28,726 nt of DNA from a virus (IMGVR_UViG_3300009152_000160:1-28726), one strand, 5' to 3'. Counted from the first letter of the stretch, positions 18,465 to 26,985 are shown. Program-made: numbers and translations. Notes: generated from the letters alone by a model not told the origin.

Positions 18465-18651
18465 ACCAAATCATAAAATCTTTATACCATATCCTTCGTC
18501 TTACTGACGCACAAAAGCATTCTCTTGGCTGTATACCATCATACTTTGTTCGTATTCGAAATAACTTAACGCAGGAATGCTTAGAGTATCTAATAGTATC
18601 AGACAATCCTTCTATCTCTGCGATTAAATCTATTTCAGCCTGTTCAAACAT
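18436..18651 (-). CDS. Hypothetical protein, 71 aa, with CFCAS motif
   Basis: Overlaps both neighbours. Confidence 0.7.
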   Translation of the reverse strand: MFEQAEIDLIAEIEGLSDTIRYSKHSCVKLFRIRTKYDGIQPRECFCASVRRRIWYKDFMIWYEKALRQLH

Positions 18652-18878
18652 TCATCTAGTATATAAGCAATAAGTGAGGCTTGACAAGCCAAAATAAAAT
18701 CAAAGGTAAAAAGTAATGTTAACCAAAAAGCAACACATTTTATACAGCCCAATGCTGAGTGTATATGTATGGCTATTGTGTTAGTAGGTCTATACTTAAA
18801 AAAGTAATCAAAAGTTGCTTGAAGAGGTTCAAAATTAACGAACCACCAAGCTAATGGTATAAGTGCGAGTAATATCAT
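18630..18878 (-). CDS. Small membrane protein with CxxC (DUF1360-like)
   Basis: Hydrophobic; LGCIKCVAFW motif. Confidence 0.65.
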   Translation of the reverse strand: MILLALIPLAWWFVNFEPLQATFDYFFKYRPTNTIAIHIHSALGCIKCVAFWLTLLFTFDFILACQASLIAYILDECLNRLK

Positions 18879-18882
18879 ACGT

Positions 18883-18890
18883 CAAATGTA
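18883..18890 (-). promoter_or_regulatory. Bacteroidota -7 element (TACATTTG), probably giving a leaderless transcript
   Basis: TAnnTTTG 4 nt before ATG 18878. Confidence 0.6.
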
Positions 18891-19109
18891 CTAAAATAAA
18901 TTACAATCGTAAATTTTTATTCGATAAATGTATTTGTCTAGCTTCTTGGCTGTCTCTAAGCTCACATCTTTACCTTGTAGAAATCTATCTATATTGTACT
19001 GATGGAACTTCTCACCTCTTCCCTGTATCTCTTTGACTATTTGATTTCGTGTTCGTGTTTTCAAAGCCTCAAGTAGATACTCTCTCAAGCTATGGTCATT
19101 TATTAACAT
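18891..19109 (-). CDS. Xre/Cro-like HTH DNA-binding protein
   Basis: 72 aa; QYNIDRFLQGKDVSLETAKKL pattern. Confidence 0.65.
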   Translation of the reverse strand: MLINDHSLREYLLEALKTRTRNQIVKEIQGRGEKFHQYNIDRFLQGKDVSLETAKKLDKYIYRIKIYDCNLF

Positions 19110-19327
19110 AGGTCTAGGTTTATTTCATTATCTGCTAAAATTTCAAAGAACTTTTCTCTTATTCGTTCAATCATTTCAAACTCATTTTCTTTTAGCTCCT
19201 CGTATTTCCAAATGGCTCTAAGCTCTGCCTTTACTTCAATTAGTGCGTGCCACATTTTAATTGATTTAATTGCACAATCATATTCAAATTGGTCATCCGG
19301 TAAATTGTACTCGATTGTTGCTTTCAT
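19103..19327 (-). CDS. Hypothetical phage protein, 74 aa
   Basis: MKATIEYNLPDD N-terminus; fits the operon. Confidence 0.75.
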   Translation of the reverse strand: MKATIEYNLPDDQFEYDCAIKSIKMWHALIEVKAELRAIWKYEELKENEFEMIERIREKFFEILADNEINLDLC

Positions 19328-19385
19328 TATTTTAGTTAATTGTGGTGATTAATACTTAATTTACATACTTATCGCAAAAAAATAC

Positions 19386-19724
19386 TTAAAAAGGTAAATC
19401 GTTATCGCTGTCATCTACCATTATTGGAGATTCTTTTAAATGAGATTCACCTTGAGCTGAGTTAATTTGCCACCCTTCAATAGTGTTAAAATACTTTATC
19501 TCTCCTGTTGGACTCTTCCATTCACGACCTCGTAGATTAATACTCACTTCTACTAGTTCGCCTATGTTGTTTTGGCTTATTAGTTCCGTTTTATCTTGTG
19601 TAAATTGGATTGATATGTACTGAGGATATTTCTCATCAGTTAATATTACGACATCTTTACTTTTAAACTTGTCGCTTACTTGTTTTACTTGTCCCACAAA
19701 GTGGATTTTACCTGTTACTTTCAT
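19386..19724 (-). CDS. Single-stranded DNA-binding protein (DUF3127-like)
   Basis: YPQYISIQF, INLRGREW and YFNTIEGW motifs; acidic DDSDNDLPF tail. Confidence 0.88.
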   Translation of the reverse strand: MKVTGKIHFVGQVKQVSDKFKSKDVVILTDEKYPQYISIQFTQDKTELISQNNIGELVEVSINLRGREWKSPTGEIKYFNTIEGWQINSAQGESHLKESPIMVDDSDNDLPF

Positions 19725-19726
19725 TT

Positions 19727-19819
19727 TTATTTGTTTTTAATTGTTAATATATACATTATTGTACACCACCACCCCCACACTATCGCAGGAGCTAGTAAAA
19801 TTGATAGTAGTATTATCAT
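19727..19819 (-). CDS. Small hydrophobic peptide, 30 aa (not in ORF track)
   Basis: MIILLSILLAPAIVWGWWCTIMYILTIKNK*; ATGA overlap with the exonuclease stop. Confidence 0.55.
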   Translation of the reverse strand: MIILLSILLAPAIVWGWWCTIMYILTIKNK

Positions 19820-20487
19820 AGTTTTTGTATTAAGTCATTGTAATAATCTCGACATTGTTCGATTCGTGTTTTGATATCTTCTATTATCTTTTCGTCTTTT
19901 GCTATTTTAAACGTTTTTACTCGCTTTTCTTTTGGTATATGTCCAAATGTATGTTTAGCTTGTACAAACGCCCGTAAATCTAAACTTTCTTCAATCAAAC
20001 TTGCCTTCCAATGCTCTCTTCTTATTTCGTCTTCAACTATTTGTAAAGGAGTGTCAATCAAACAATAGCACAAAAGACTTTCTTCTTTACCTGTCAACCA
20101 CATATATCCGTGCATTTGATAAAGATAATCTTTATTTTTTAGTTCAGTATCAAAAAATGGAAAAGTAGTAGCGTCCCAACTAGATTTCACATCGAGTAGA
20201 ATTTCATTTGTGTTTACGTCAGGCGTTCCTGTTATCCAATCATTAGTAAAGTGTTCTTCGTTTTTATAAATGAATCCTAAATCTAGCACATCATTACACA
20301 AAGCAATTGATAAATCTTCTACCTCATTGCCTTTGTCGGTGTAACGTGAGCTAAACTCTTTTCGTATGTCGTAAACTTCCTCGATAGCTAACTCGTGTAA
20401 GTACGTTTTTGTAGTTTGACTTAAAACCTCTCCCTTAGATTTGGGAGAGGTCATTATCTTGCCTATGGCTGAACATCTTATCTTCAT
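19816..20487 (-). CDS. YqaJ/lambda-exonuclease-like recombination nuclease
   Basis: IRCSAIG, KGNEVE, GTPD, DVKSSW and YQMHGYM motifs. Confidence 0.85.
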   Translation of the reverse strand: MKIRCSAIGKIMTSPKSKGEVLSQTTKTYLHELAIEEVYDIRKEFSSRYTDKGNEVEDLSIALCNDVLDLGFIYKNEEHFTNDWITGTPDVNTNEILLDVKSSWDATTFPFFDTELKNKDYLYQMHGYMWLTGKEESLLCYCLIDTPLQIVEDEIRREHWKASLIEESLDLRAFVQAKHTFGHIPKEKRVKTFKIAKDEKIIEDIKTRIEQCRDYYNDLIQKL

Positions 20488-21011
20488 TGTGCTATGTTTT
20501 TAAGTTGCTCAGGTGTTAACTCAAAGGTTTTTAGTAGCTCTTCTTTAGTATACTCGTTCTCGCTAATTGCTTTAAGAGCTTTAGCTAGTCGCTTGTCATC
20601 AATAGCAACTTTCTTTGATTCGTTTTTTACTTCAACTTTGATTTGCTCTCCACCTGCATCTGTATCCTTGTCGCTCACTATGCCCAAAATCGAACTAATG
20701 CAGTAACGACGCAAGTAAGAAATCGCTGACCCAAGCACTTGAAAGTCATTCATACCTTTTAATTGTACACCCTGTGGAATAGCTGTTTTACTTTCAATTG
20801 TTTCACCTGTTTCAACGTGAAATACTATGGTGACTAATTCAGTCCCATTGATTAGTTGAGTAAATCCAAGGCCGTGCTTTTTTAGCAATGGGTTAATTAC
20901 TTCAAAAATCTTTGGTAGGTCGGCATATGTGTAACCATATCCTTGTGTTGCTTTGTGAATTGTAGGAACTTCCTGTTGAAATTCCGCTAGGCTTTTAAAT
21001 AAATGTTTCAT
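20484..21011 (-). CDS. erf: ERF-family ssDNA annealing protein
   Basis: YTYADL, PLLKKHGL and QVLGSAISYLRRY...DTD motifs. Confidence 0.92.
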   Translation of the reverse strand: MKHLFKSLAEFQQEVPTIHKATQGYGYTYADLPKIFEVINPLLKKHGLGFTQLINGTELVTIVFHVETGETIESKTAIPQGVQLKGMNDFQVLGSAISYLRRYCISSILGIVSDKDTDAGGEQIKVEVKNESKKVAIDDKRLAKALKAISENEYTKEELLKTFELTPEQLKNIAQ

Positions 21012-21036
21012 TGGTTAGTTTTTAATTGGTTAATAA
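21006..21036 (-). repeat. Early-leader repeat (TTATTAACCAATTAAAAACTAACCAATGAAA), copy at erf
   Basis: 31 bp identical to 26550-26580; an 18-bp core also occurs at 26836-26853. Confidence 0.9.
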
Positions 21037-21043
21037 TTATCGT

Positions 21044-21051
21044 CAAATATA
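21044..21051 (-). promoter_or_regulatory. Bacteroidota -7 element (TATATTTG) upstream of erf
   Basis: TAnnTTTG in an intergenic gap, followed by the leader repeat. Confidence 0.7.
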
Positions 21052-21081
21052 ATACTTTATTTTAATATAGAACTATTTTTT

Positions 21082-21489
21082 TTATTTTTTTATTTCTTTT
21101 AATGTTGATTGTTTCTCATAGTACGCCATTAGTTCAATATCATTTGTGGATTGGTCTCGTGGTTTCCTGCCTCCTATCTTAATTTTACCTTCTATTTGTT
21201 CTAACCTTCCGTATATGATTCCGTCATAGCAGTCCCAAATAATAAGAGGGTTAATTTTCTTGTCAACTAGCTTAACTAACTTTCGACAAGCAATGGGTAA
21301 AGGATAAGCATCTAAGATAGTTCTATTCCTGCCTTTAACTTCTGCATAAGCAATTAATTTTTCGTCTTTATATAGGCTAAAATCAATATCGTTTTCATTT
21401 AGCTTTTCAAATGTAATACCAAATGTATCGCAAAATAAATCAATACAATTTAATTCTCTATCTAAATCTTTGTTTGTTTCAAATCTCAT
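21082..21489 (-). CDS. PD-(D/E)XK-fold nuclease-like protein
   Basis: IDF...YAEVKGR pattern. Confidence 0.6.
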   Translation of the reverse strand: MRFETNKDLDRELNCIDLFCDTFGITFEKLNENDIDFSLYKDEKLIAYAEVKGRNRTILDAYPLPIACRKLVKLVDKKINPLIIWDCYDGIIYGRLEQIEGKIKIGGRKPRDQSTNDIELMAYYEKQSTLKEIKK

Positions 21490-22003
21490 ATTCTTTCGTT
21501 TTTTGTTTGTATGTTTCGATTATCTCTTTTAACTCTTCTCTTGTGTATTTTTTTTCTTGATGAGCTTTCGCTTGTAGTTCTATAAGTTTTTCTGCTCCTA
21601 TTCTTTTTTGTATACCTATTTGATAATTTAACAAGTTGCCGTGCAGGTATTGGTTGCAGTAAACACATTGTCCGTGTACGTTGTCCTCATTGTATGTAAT
21701 TACTTTGTGACCACCACTGCTGTAATAATGGCCGGCATCAAACTTTTTGCCTAGTGGAGCTTCACAAGAGATACACTCTTTGTTTCTATCTCTATTCCGT
21801 ATAAATGAATTAAAGTATACTTGTGCTAGTTTTTGAAGCTCTTGAACTGTTTGAAGCTTATCTTTCATTTCTTTCTTTTTTTTAATCCATTGCTTGTCTT
21901 GTTGACTTTTTATCCAAATTTGAACACATTCCTTTTCTAGACAATACTTTTGATTAAAATTTACGGGTGTAAATGGTTCTTTGCAATTCTTACATTTTTT
22001 CAT
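21479..22003 (-). CDS. ninG: NinG/Rap-like junction endonuclease
   Basis: CKNC N-terminus; FNSFIRNRD, CISC, DAGHY and NVHGQCVYCN motifs. Confidence 0.92.
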   Translation of the reverse strand: MKKCKNCKEPFTPVNFNQKYCLEKECVQIWIKSQQDKQWIKKKKEMKDKLQTVQELQKLAQVYFNSFIRNRDRNKECISCEAPLGKKFDAGHYYSSGGHKVITYNEDNVHGQCVYCNQYLHGNLLNYQIGIQKRIGAEKLIELQAKAHQEKKYTREELKEIIETYKQKTKEYEI

Positions 22004-22004
22004 A

Positions 22005-23186
22005 TTAAAATAAACTTATTTGATTTTGTGCAACATCTTTCCAAGCATCAGCATTAAATTTTAAGATTGATAAATCTTCTTTGCTTTCTTCTCCGATATA
22101 TTTATAGCTTTTTGTTATGCTTTCTTTTCTTAATTTAAGACCATTATCTTTTCCATCTAGAATTAATTTTTCATTGGTCTTTTTTATTTGAGCAATGTTA
22201 TTATTTTCCATTACTAATTTCCAATTAATTATATTATTTATCATACCATTAAACAATGCAGGGTTTGATGTTTTTATATACAATACTTTACCAATTGATT
22301 TATACATTGCTCCAAAATAATTCAATAATTTTATTCCTAGTGAAAGACCTTGATAATCAGGTAAGATTACAAATCTACTTATTCTAAAAGCATCTTTTAC
22401 TGTACCACTAGGCATTGGTAAAATAGCTATAAAACCTAGTGGCTTGTCATTTAAAGTAAACGAAAAGCATTTAGCAGCTGCATTTAACTCTTGACTTAGA
22501 TAATGATGTTGTTTGAATATATTCCAAGCTGCATATCTACATCGAAATATCGAAAGGTTAATGGTTGGTCGGCTGTGCCTTCGACATTCGTGTCTTTCAA
22601 CACGTCCTTTAAGTGGTGAATAAGTCCAATCAGGCAACAACCATTCCATAATATCAAAATGACACGAAGCCAATACGATTTTCTTGTTGTAACGTCTTAT
22701 GTATTTTTGAAGTGCAAAACTCATTGACTTAGCCACATCTCTATCTACAACTGAGGTATACTCATCAATTAATACAACTTCATTCTCTTGAGCTTTACCT
22801 ATCTTATACGCTAGTTCTGCTCGATATTGTTCTCCATTACTTAAAGTATGAAAAGGTCTTAACCAAGTAGGTACACTGCTCAAACCAATCGAGCTTAATA
22901 AAGATGTTGCTTCTTGAGGTTCTAACCAATCAAAATTTGATATCAATGCCTTTTCACTATCGAACTCTATAGATTTTAAAACTCCAAATTGTTTTAGTAA
23001 AGTTGTTTTACCTGTACCACTACCTCCGTATATCACTCCTATATTCCAATCAAAGTTTTTGCAATCACCAAAGTTCATATTTATATCAACTGATGTTTCA
23101 TCTTTGTTTTGAATATCAAATGCTTCGAAAATATATTCCGTGTATTTATCATTTAATATTTTGTTTCTTAATTTAATTTGTTTCAT
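22005..23186 (-). CDS. ABC-type ATPase fused to a GNAT acyltransferase domain
   Basis: Walker A GGSGTGKT, signature LSNGE, Walker B VLIDE, H-loop ASCH; GNAT motif A RISRFVILPDYQGLSLG. Confidence 0.88.
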   Translation of the reverse strand: MKQIKLRNKILNDKYTEYIFEAFDIQNKDETSVDINMNFGDCKNFDWNIGVIYGGSGTGKTTLLKQFGVLKSIEFDSEKALISNFDWLEPQEATSLLSSIGLSSVPTWLRPFHTLSNGEQYRAELAYKIGKAQENEVVLIDEYTSVVDRDVAKSMSFALQKYIRRYNKKIVLASCHFDIMEWLLPDWTYSPLKGRVERHECRRHSRPTINLSIFRCRYAAWNIFKQHHYLSQELNAAAKCFSFTLNDKPLGFIAILPMPSGTVKDAFRISRFVILPDYQGLSLGIKLLNYFGAMYKSIGKVLYIKTSNPALFNGMINNIINWKLVMENNNIAQIKKTNEKLILDGKDNGLKLRKESITKSYKYIGEESKEDLSILKFNADAWKDVAQNQISLF

Positions 23187-23197
23187 TTTGTTAGTTT

Positions 23198-23482
23198 TTA
23201 AAAATTATTTGTTTTAAGTTCATTGTTCAATTGTTTTATCTCACATTTTAATTCCAAATTTAATCTTTCAAGTCTATAAGCACTTTGTGAAAATTCTCTA
23301 GCTTGTTTCTCTAAAATCAAAAAAGTTGTCAATACTTCGCTTAACTCGTTTTCTGTTTCTAGCATAGAATTAATTAAGTCTTTTCTATGTTCGTTTTTCT
23401 CTTCGATTTCCTCTCTACTTGCTTTAAGCTTGAGCAATGTCTTATGTAAAATTACTCTAGATTTTAATAGTTCTAGTTCCAT
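23198..23482 (-). CDS. Coiled-coil hypothetical protein, 94 aa
   Basis: Heptad Leu/Glu/Lys pattern. Confidence 0.75.
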   Translation of the reverse strand: MELELLKSRVILHKTLLKLKASREEIEEKNEHRKDLINSMLETENELSEVLTTFLILEKQAREFSQSAYRLERLNLELKCEIKQLNNELKTNNF

Positions 23483-23492
23483 TATTGTTTTT

Positions 23493-23632
23493 TTAAGTTA
23501 TAAATTTATAAGCTCTACACCCTTGATATTTATTGAGTTTTTCATTATCTTTATATTTATGTATAATCTATCGTTAATATATTAAAGTTCGTTATATCGC
23601 TTTAAAATGCATTTTAAACGTATTTGTGTTTT
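23493..23632 (-). repeat. 140-bp intergenic element, copy 2 (inverted relative to copy 1)
   Basis: See 7171-7310; palindrome at 23601-23618. Confidence 0.93.
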
Positions 23633-23634
23633 TG

Positions 23635-24558
23635 CTATAAATTTATTATTTGTTTACTTGCATATGCCTTTTCGTATACATTTGGCGATGGGTTACTTTG
23701 TTCAAAATAGCTCAATCTCTCTTTGTCAAACCATATTTCTATCATTCCAATATTACCATTACTTCGTGGCTTTATTTTATTAAAATGTATTTCTGCTAGA
23801 TTAAAAGTTGGGTCTTGTCTATGAACTGTAATCATACATTTACCACTATTAAACCACTCACTACCACCCTTCAAGTCATATGGCACAGGAGCGTTTCGTT
23901 TTCCGTTTTCCTTTTCAGTTAATTTTGGGTGTATAATCGTATGCAAGTGCAAATCATTATTTTCTGCTATTTGATTTCTATATGGTAAAACATACTCAAG
24001 ATATTGAGCATAACCTCCATAGTCATTGTAAGGGTGATTTAAATCCTTCCAACTATCAATAGATGCAGTATGAAGCTCTTGATTTTTTTTAATTTCTACT
24101 GCCATATCCCAAAATTGAACCGGTGTTAATTTAGCTTTTACATCTTTTTTAGTCAAAATTTTAAAGTGATTTAAAACCCAATCAATTGCTTGAGTAATTT
24201 CTCTATCTTGAATAACGTTTCTATCTAGTGGATTAAAGCTTTTGCCTGTCTTTTTATTAATCAAGTCAGCTACAATCTCAACATTAGAACCAACATCAGG
24301 AAAATAAACTAAATGTTTCCATCCGTAAAACTTAGAAGTATTCATTAAACACTCCATTAATACTTGAGTCTTTCCACTCATCGGAAAACCTGTCCAATCG
24401 GTGCAATTTCCCAAGCTCATTGAGTAATGTTCGTGTAACTTTGCAAAACCTAGATACTTTCCTTTTTGATTATAATTATCACGATATCTGAACAGTTCGG
24501 TAATAACATCACCGGCTTCTGTAATCTTGAATCCATTTAACTCCACGGTGCTTTCCAT
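23635..24558 (-). CDS. SF4 (DnaB/T7 gp4-like) helicase domain protein
   Basis: Walker A TGFPMSGKT, IDSW, IIHP, YDLKGGSEW and KIKPR motifs; follows the initiator. Confidence 0.8.
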   Translation of the reverse strand: MESTVELNGFKITEAGDVITELFRYRDNYNQKGKYLGFAKLHEHYSMSLGNCTDWTGFPMSGKTQVLMECLMNTSKFYGWKHLVYFPDVGSNVEIVADLINKKTGKSFNPLDRNVIQDREITQAIDWVLNHFKILTKKDVKAKLTPVQFWDMAVEIKKNQELHTASIDSWKDLNHPYNDYGGYAQYLEYVLPYRNQIAENNDLHLHTIIHPKLTEKENGKRNAPVPYDLKGGSEWFNSGKCMITVHRQDPTFNLAEIHFNKIKPRSNGNIGMIEIWFDKERLSYFEQSNPSPNVYEKAYASKQIINL

Positions 24559-25139
24559 TTATTAGGTTCGTTTACTTCTTTAATTTCAATTGGTTTTTCC
24601 CAAGTTCGTACACAAGCTTTCCAATCTATCATTTTATTCTTACCAACCATCCATCCTTTAGATGAGTAGAAATTTAAAAATTTGTTTACATCAACTCCGT
24701 TTTTTCGTTCTATACAATACTCAAGAATATCACTATAAGTAGGTTCAATAAATATACTTCTATCATTCTTTTCTTTCTTTACATTCTTGTTAGTGGTCGT
24801 TTGTTGGTCGCTCGTTGGTCGCTCGTTGGTCGTTAGTTGATATTTTTCATAGTTAACTAACTCAATTATAGTACCTTGTGAACTTGTTTTAATGGTCACT
24901 TCGTTGGTCGATTTTAGCTTGTCTAAAGATGTTCGTATTTGTCTAATACTTAACCCGGTTTCTAGTGATAAAATATCCCTTGATGTAACTATTGTGCCAA
25001 CTTTTAACTCCATTCCTCTATATCTTTTTTCTTTGTGATTTGCTTTAAGTAGCAAGTGTAACATAACACGAAAAGTATTTGTATCTGAGTACCATTCCCA
25101 TTCTAAAATCTGTCTATGTATTTTTATCCATCCGCTCAT
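24537..25139 (-). CDS. Replication initiator/replisome organizer (start likely MSGWIKIHR at 25139)
   Basis: GWIKIHR...LLLKANH wHTH N-terminus; C-terminal FLNFYSSKGW...DWKACVRTWE; internal iterons. Confidence 0.85.
   Translation of the reverse strand: MSGWIKIHRQILEWEWYSDTNTFRVMLHLLLKANHKEKRYRGMELKVGTIVTSRDILSLETGLSIRQIRTSLDKLKSTNEVTIKTSSQGTIIELVNYEKYQLTTNERPTSDQQTTTNKNVKKEKNDRSIFIEPTYSDILEYCIERKNGVDVNKFLNFYSSKGWMVGKNKMIDWKACVRTWEKPIEIKEVNEPNKWKAPWS
24792..24913. repeat. Iteron cluster, putative replication origin
   Basis: (GT)TGGTCG units at 11-bp period (24792, 24803, 24814, 24825) plus a copy at 24903, in the linker of the initiator gene. Confidence 0.7.
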
Positions 25140-25143
25140 AATC

Positions 25144-25524
25144 TTAATTTTTATAAACATTGTTTTGTAAACGCTTTTTAATTTTAGCCAAATCGTGGTA
25201 GTTTTTTCCTTCCATTATGTCATCTATTAAATTGCGCTCTTTTATTTTAATTGTTTTGTTATTAAATTCCTCAAATAAATCAATCGTATCTATTAGGTAC
25301 ATTTCGTCTTTTACTCTTTCAAACAATGCAGCCTGTGTAATTCCGTGAATAATAGTAGCGTGATTCATATTGAAGAGTTCAGCAATTTCACGGAGAATAT
25401 AATTATTTTTTCGCAGGTAAGAAAATATGAACCATCTCCTGTGTACTTTAGTTGGTTTCTTTGTTCGTTCTCGCAAATTTTCTATTTCAATTATTTCGTG
25501 TATTCGTTTAATCAAGGTTTCCAT
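25144..25524 (-). CDS. DnaA C-terminal-like HTH protein
   Basis: LREIAELFNMNHATIIHG motif. Confidence 0.75.
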   Translation of the reverse strand: METLIKRIHEIIEIENLRERTKKPTKVHRRWFIFSYLRKNNYILREIAELFNMNHATIIHGITQAALFERVKDEMYLIDTIDLFEEFNNKTIKIKERNLIDDIMEGKNYHDLAKIKKRLQNNVYKN

Positions 25525-25573
25525 ATGTATAAGTAATTATTAGTAAATAAATGTATTCGATTAGTTTTTTCAT
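25508..25573 (-). CDS. Small peptide, 21 aa
   Basis: MKKLIEYIYLLIITYTYGNLD*; ATGA-coupled. Confidence 0.4.
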   Translation of the reverse strand: MKKLIEYIYLLIITYTYGNLD

Positions 25574-25725
25574 ATTGTTTCAACTTTTAATATTAATTTT
25601 CTTTGCATTGCCATACGCATTATGGCGTGGTCGCGGTCAAGCGCTTTCAAAACACGATAACCGATTGTTTTTTTAGTGCAGTTAGTGTCTAAATAAAACA
25701 CGTATGTAATTTTATAATGTCTCAT
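25570..25725 (-). CDS. Hypothetical early protein, 51 aa
   Basis: MRHYKITYVFYLDTNCTKKTIGYRVLKALDRDHAIMRMAMQRKLILKVETI*. Confidence 0.65.
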   Translation of the reverse strand: MRHYKITYVFYLDTNCTKKTIGYRVLKALDRDHAIMRMAMQRKLILKVETI

Positions 25726-25891
25726 TACTATTTGGTATTTCGTTAAATTCTTGTTCGCTTAAATAATCTAAGTAAAGGTTTAAATTGAAGCTCCCGCCTT
25801 TGTCGCCTTCAACGCTTTGTTCACGCCACCATTGCATCTTCCGTTTAAGGCTAAAGGTTGTTTGTGTAAATGTGTTTTCAGTTGTTTCCAT
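25712..25891 (-). CDS. Hypothetical early protein, 59 aa
   Basis: METTENTFTQTTFSLKRKMQWWREQSVEGDKGGSFNLNLYLDYLSEQEFNEIPNSNETL*. Confidence 0.65.
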   Translation of the reverse strand: METTENTFTQTTFSLKRKMQWWREQSVEGDKGGSFNLNLYLDYLSEQEFNEIPNSNETL

Positions 25892-25893
25892 AT

Positions 25894-26145
25894 TTATATA
25901 TTTTCAGGGTTATTATAAAACCAATCTTCTACAAGTTGGGTTGTCTCTTCTAGCTCTCGGCTAGTTAAGGGAGTAAATATGATATAATTTTTACCTCTTT
26001 GGTAGCTATCAACTAGCAATGCCTCATAAACGCCTTCCTCAACGAAGTAACATCTAAACTCAGCAGTGTATACGATACCCCCATCTTCAGAGGCCCACCA
26101 TACGTTAAGGTAGCCTTTTTTTACGTAATCTATCTCGTAACTCAT
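25894..26145 (-). CDS. Hypothetical acidic early protein, 83 aa
   Basis: ORF track; ATGA-coupled. Confidence 0.75.
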   Translation of the reverse strand: MSYEIDYVKKGYLNVWWASEDGGIVYTAEFRCYFVEEGVYEALLVDSYQRGKNYIIFTPLTSRELEETTQLVEDWFYNNPENI

Positions 26146-26222
26146 AACGCACAGGATATATACATTGCTATTAAAAAGAGTGTCAAGGCAGCTAAGCCTT
26201 TTATTATTTCAATAATTTTCAT
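26142..26222 (-). CDS. Small hydrophobic peptide, 26 aa
   Basis: MKIIEIIKGLAALTLFLIAMYISCAL*; overlaps both neighbours. Confidence 0.5.
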   Translation of the reverse strand: MKIIEIIKGLAALTLFLIAMYISCAL

Positions 26223-26385
26223 CTAGTCCTAGTTTTTCGATTAATATTAAAAGCGTTACATATTTTGTTTGTAGTCGTTGAGTCGCAGGGTCAGTGTGTC
26301 CGAACGCACCGGCCATTTGATTATACTCATCTCTCAACTCTATTGAATAAAGGAGGATAGTAGCTGTCATTTGTTCTGTTGTCAT
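26209..26385 (-). CDS. Hypothetical early protein, 58 aa
   Basis: MTTEQMTATILLYSIELRDEYNQMAGAFGHTDPATQRLQTKYVTLLILIEKLGLDENY*. Confidence 0.65.
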   Translation of the reverse strand: MTTEQMTATILLYSIELRDEYNQMAGAFGHTDPATQRLQTKYVTLLILIEKLGLDENY

Positions 26386-26555
26386 AGCTCAGTTATTATA
26401 AAGGTGGTTAAATCATTGTGGCTTGTTACTGCCATTAATTTGTATGCGTAATCCATAGCATCTTTTAGGTCTACTGCTGTTACAATACTTGTCCATAATT
26501 CGTTTTGATTTTCGTCTTGAAATTCAATCCTGTAATCTTTTGTTGTGTTTTTCAT
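26382..26555 (-). CDS. Hypothetical early protein, 57 aa
   Basis: MKNTTKDYRIEFQDENQNELWTSIVTAVDLKDAMDYAYKLMAVTSHNDLTTFIITEL*; preceded by the leader repeat. Confidence 0.7.
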   Translation of the reverse strand: MKNTTKDYRIEFQDENQNELWTSIVTAVDLKDAMDYAYKLMAVTSHNDLTTFIITEL

Positions 26556-26580
26556 TGGTTAGTTTTTAATTGGTTAATAA
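26550..26580 (-). repeat. Early-leader repeat, second full copy
   Basis: 31 bp identical to 21006-21036. Confidence 0.9.
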
Positions 26581-26584
26581 ATAA

Positions 26585-26830
26585 TTAATATGCACCCCCA
26601 CGTGTGCGTGATTTTTCATTTAATTTTTTTTGAAGCCATAAACTCAAGTGCATTTCGCCCGTTAATTCATCAAAACTTACAATTGCGCTTTTTGGTATCC
26701 AACCATTGCCCCCACCTAATTCAATTGCCTTGTCGGTTACTCTTGATATTTTTGATTTTAACGAAATCATTGGTATATCGAATTTTGTACCTTCTTTTAA
26801 TGCTTGAATTTTGTCTTCTAATGTTTTCAT
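26585..26830 (-). CDS. First early gene, hypothetical 81 aa
   Basis: TDKAI...WIPKS motif; downstream of a full host-type promoter. Confidence 0.75.
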   Translation of the reverse strand: MKTLEDKIQALKEGTKFDIPMISLKSKISRVTDKAIELGGGNGWIPKSAIVSFDELTGEMHLSLWLQKKLNEKSRTRGGAY

Positions 26831-26868
26831 TTTTTTTAGTTTTTAATTGGTTAGTAAATAATTATATA

Positions 26869-26899
26869 CAAATATAAAGACTATTTTCATAACTGCAAA
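26869..26899 (-). promoter_or_regulatory. Major early promoter, Bacteroidota type (TTTG-N19-TATATTTG)
   Basis: Both -33 and -7 boxes with canonical spacing. Confidence 0.8.
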
Positions 26900-26985
26900 T
26901 ATTTTAACAATTATTTTTAACTAATTAACAAAGTTTTTTATAAAACACTTGTGTCTATTACGTTTTAACAATAAAAAAAAATGTA

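Noticed and set aside
18891-19109. CI repressor indicating lysogeny
   Set aside because: HTH only, co-oriented in an operon, with no peptidase domain, divergent switch, integrase or partition genes.
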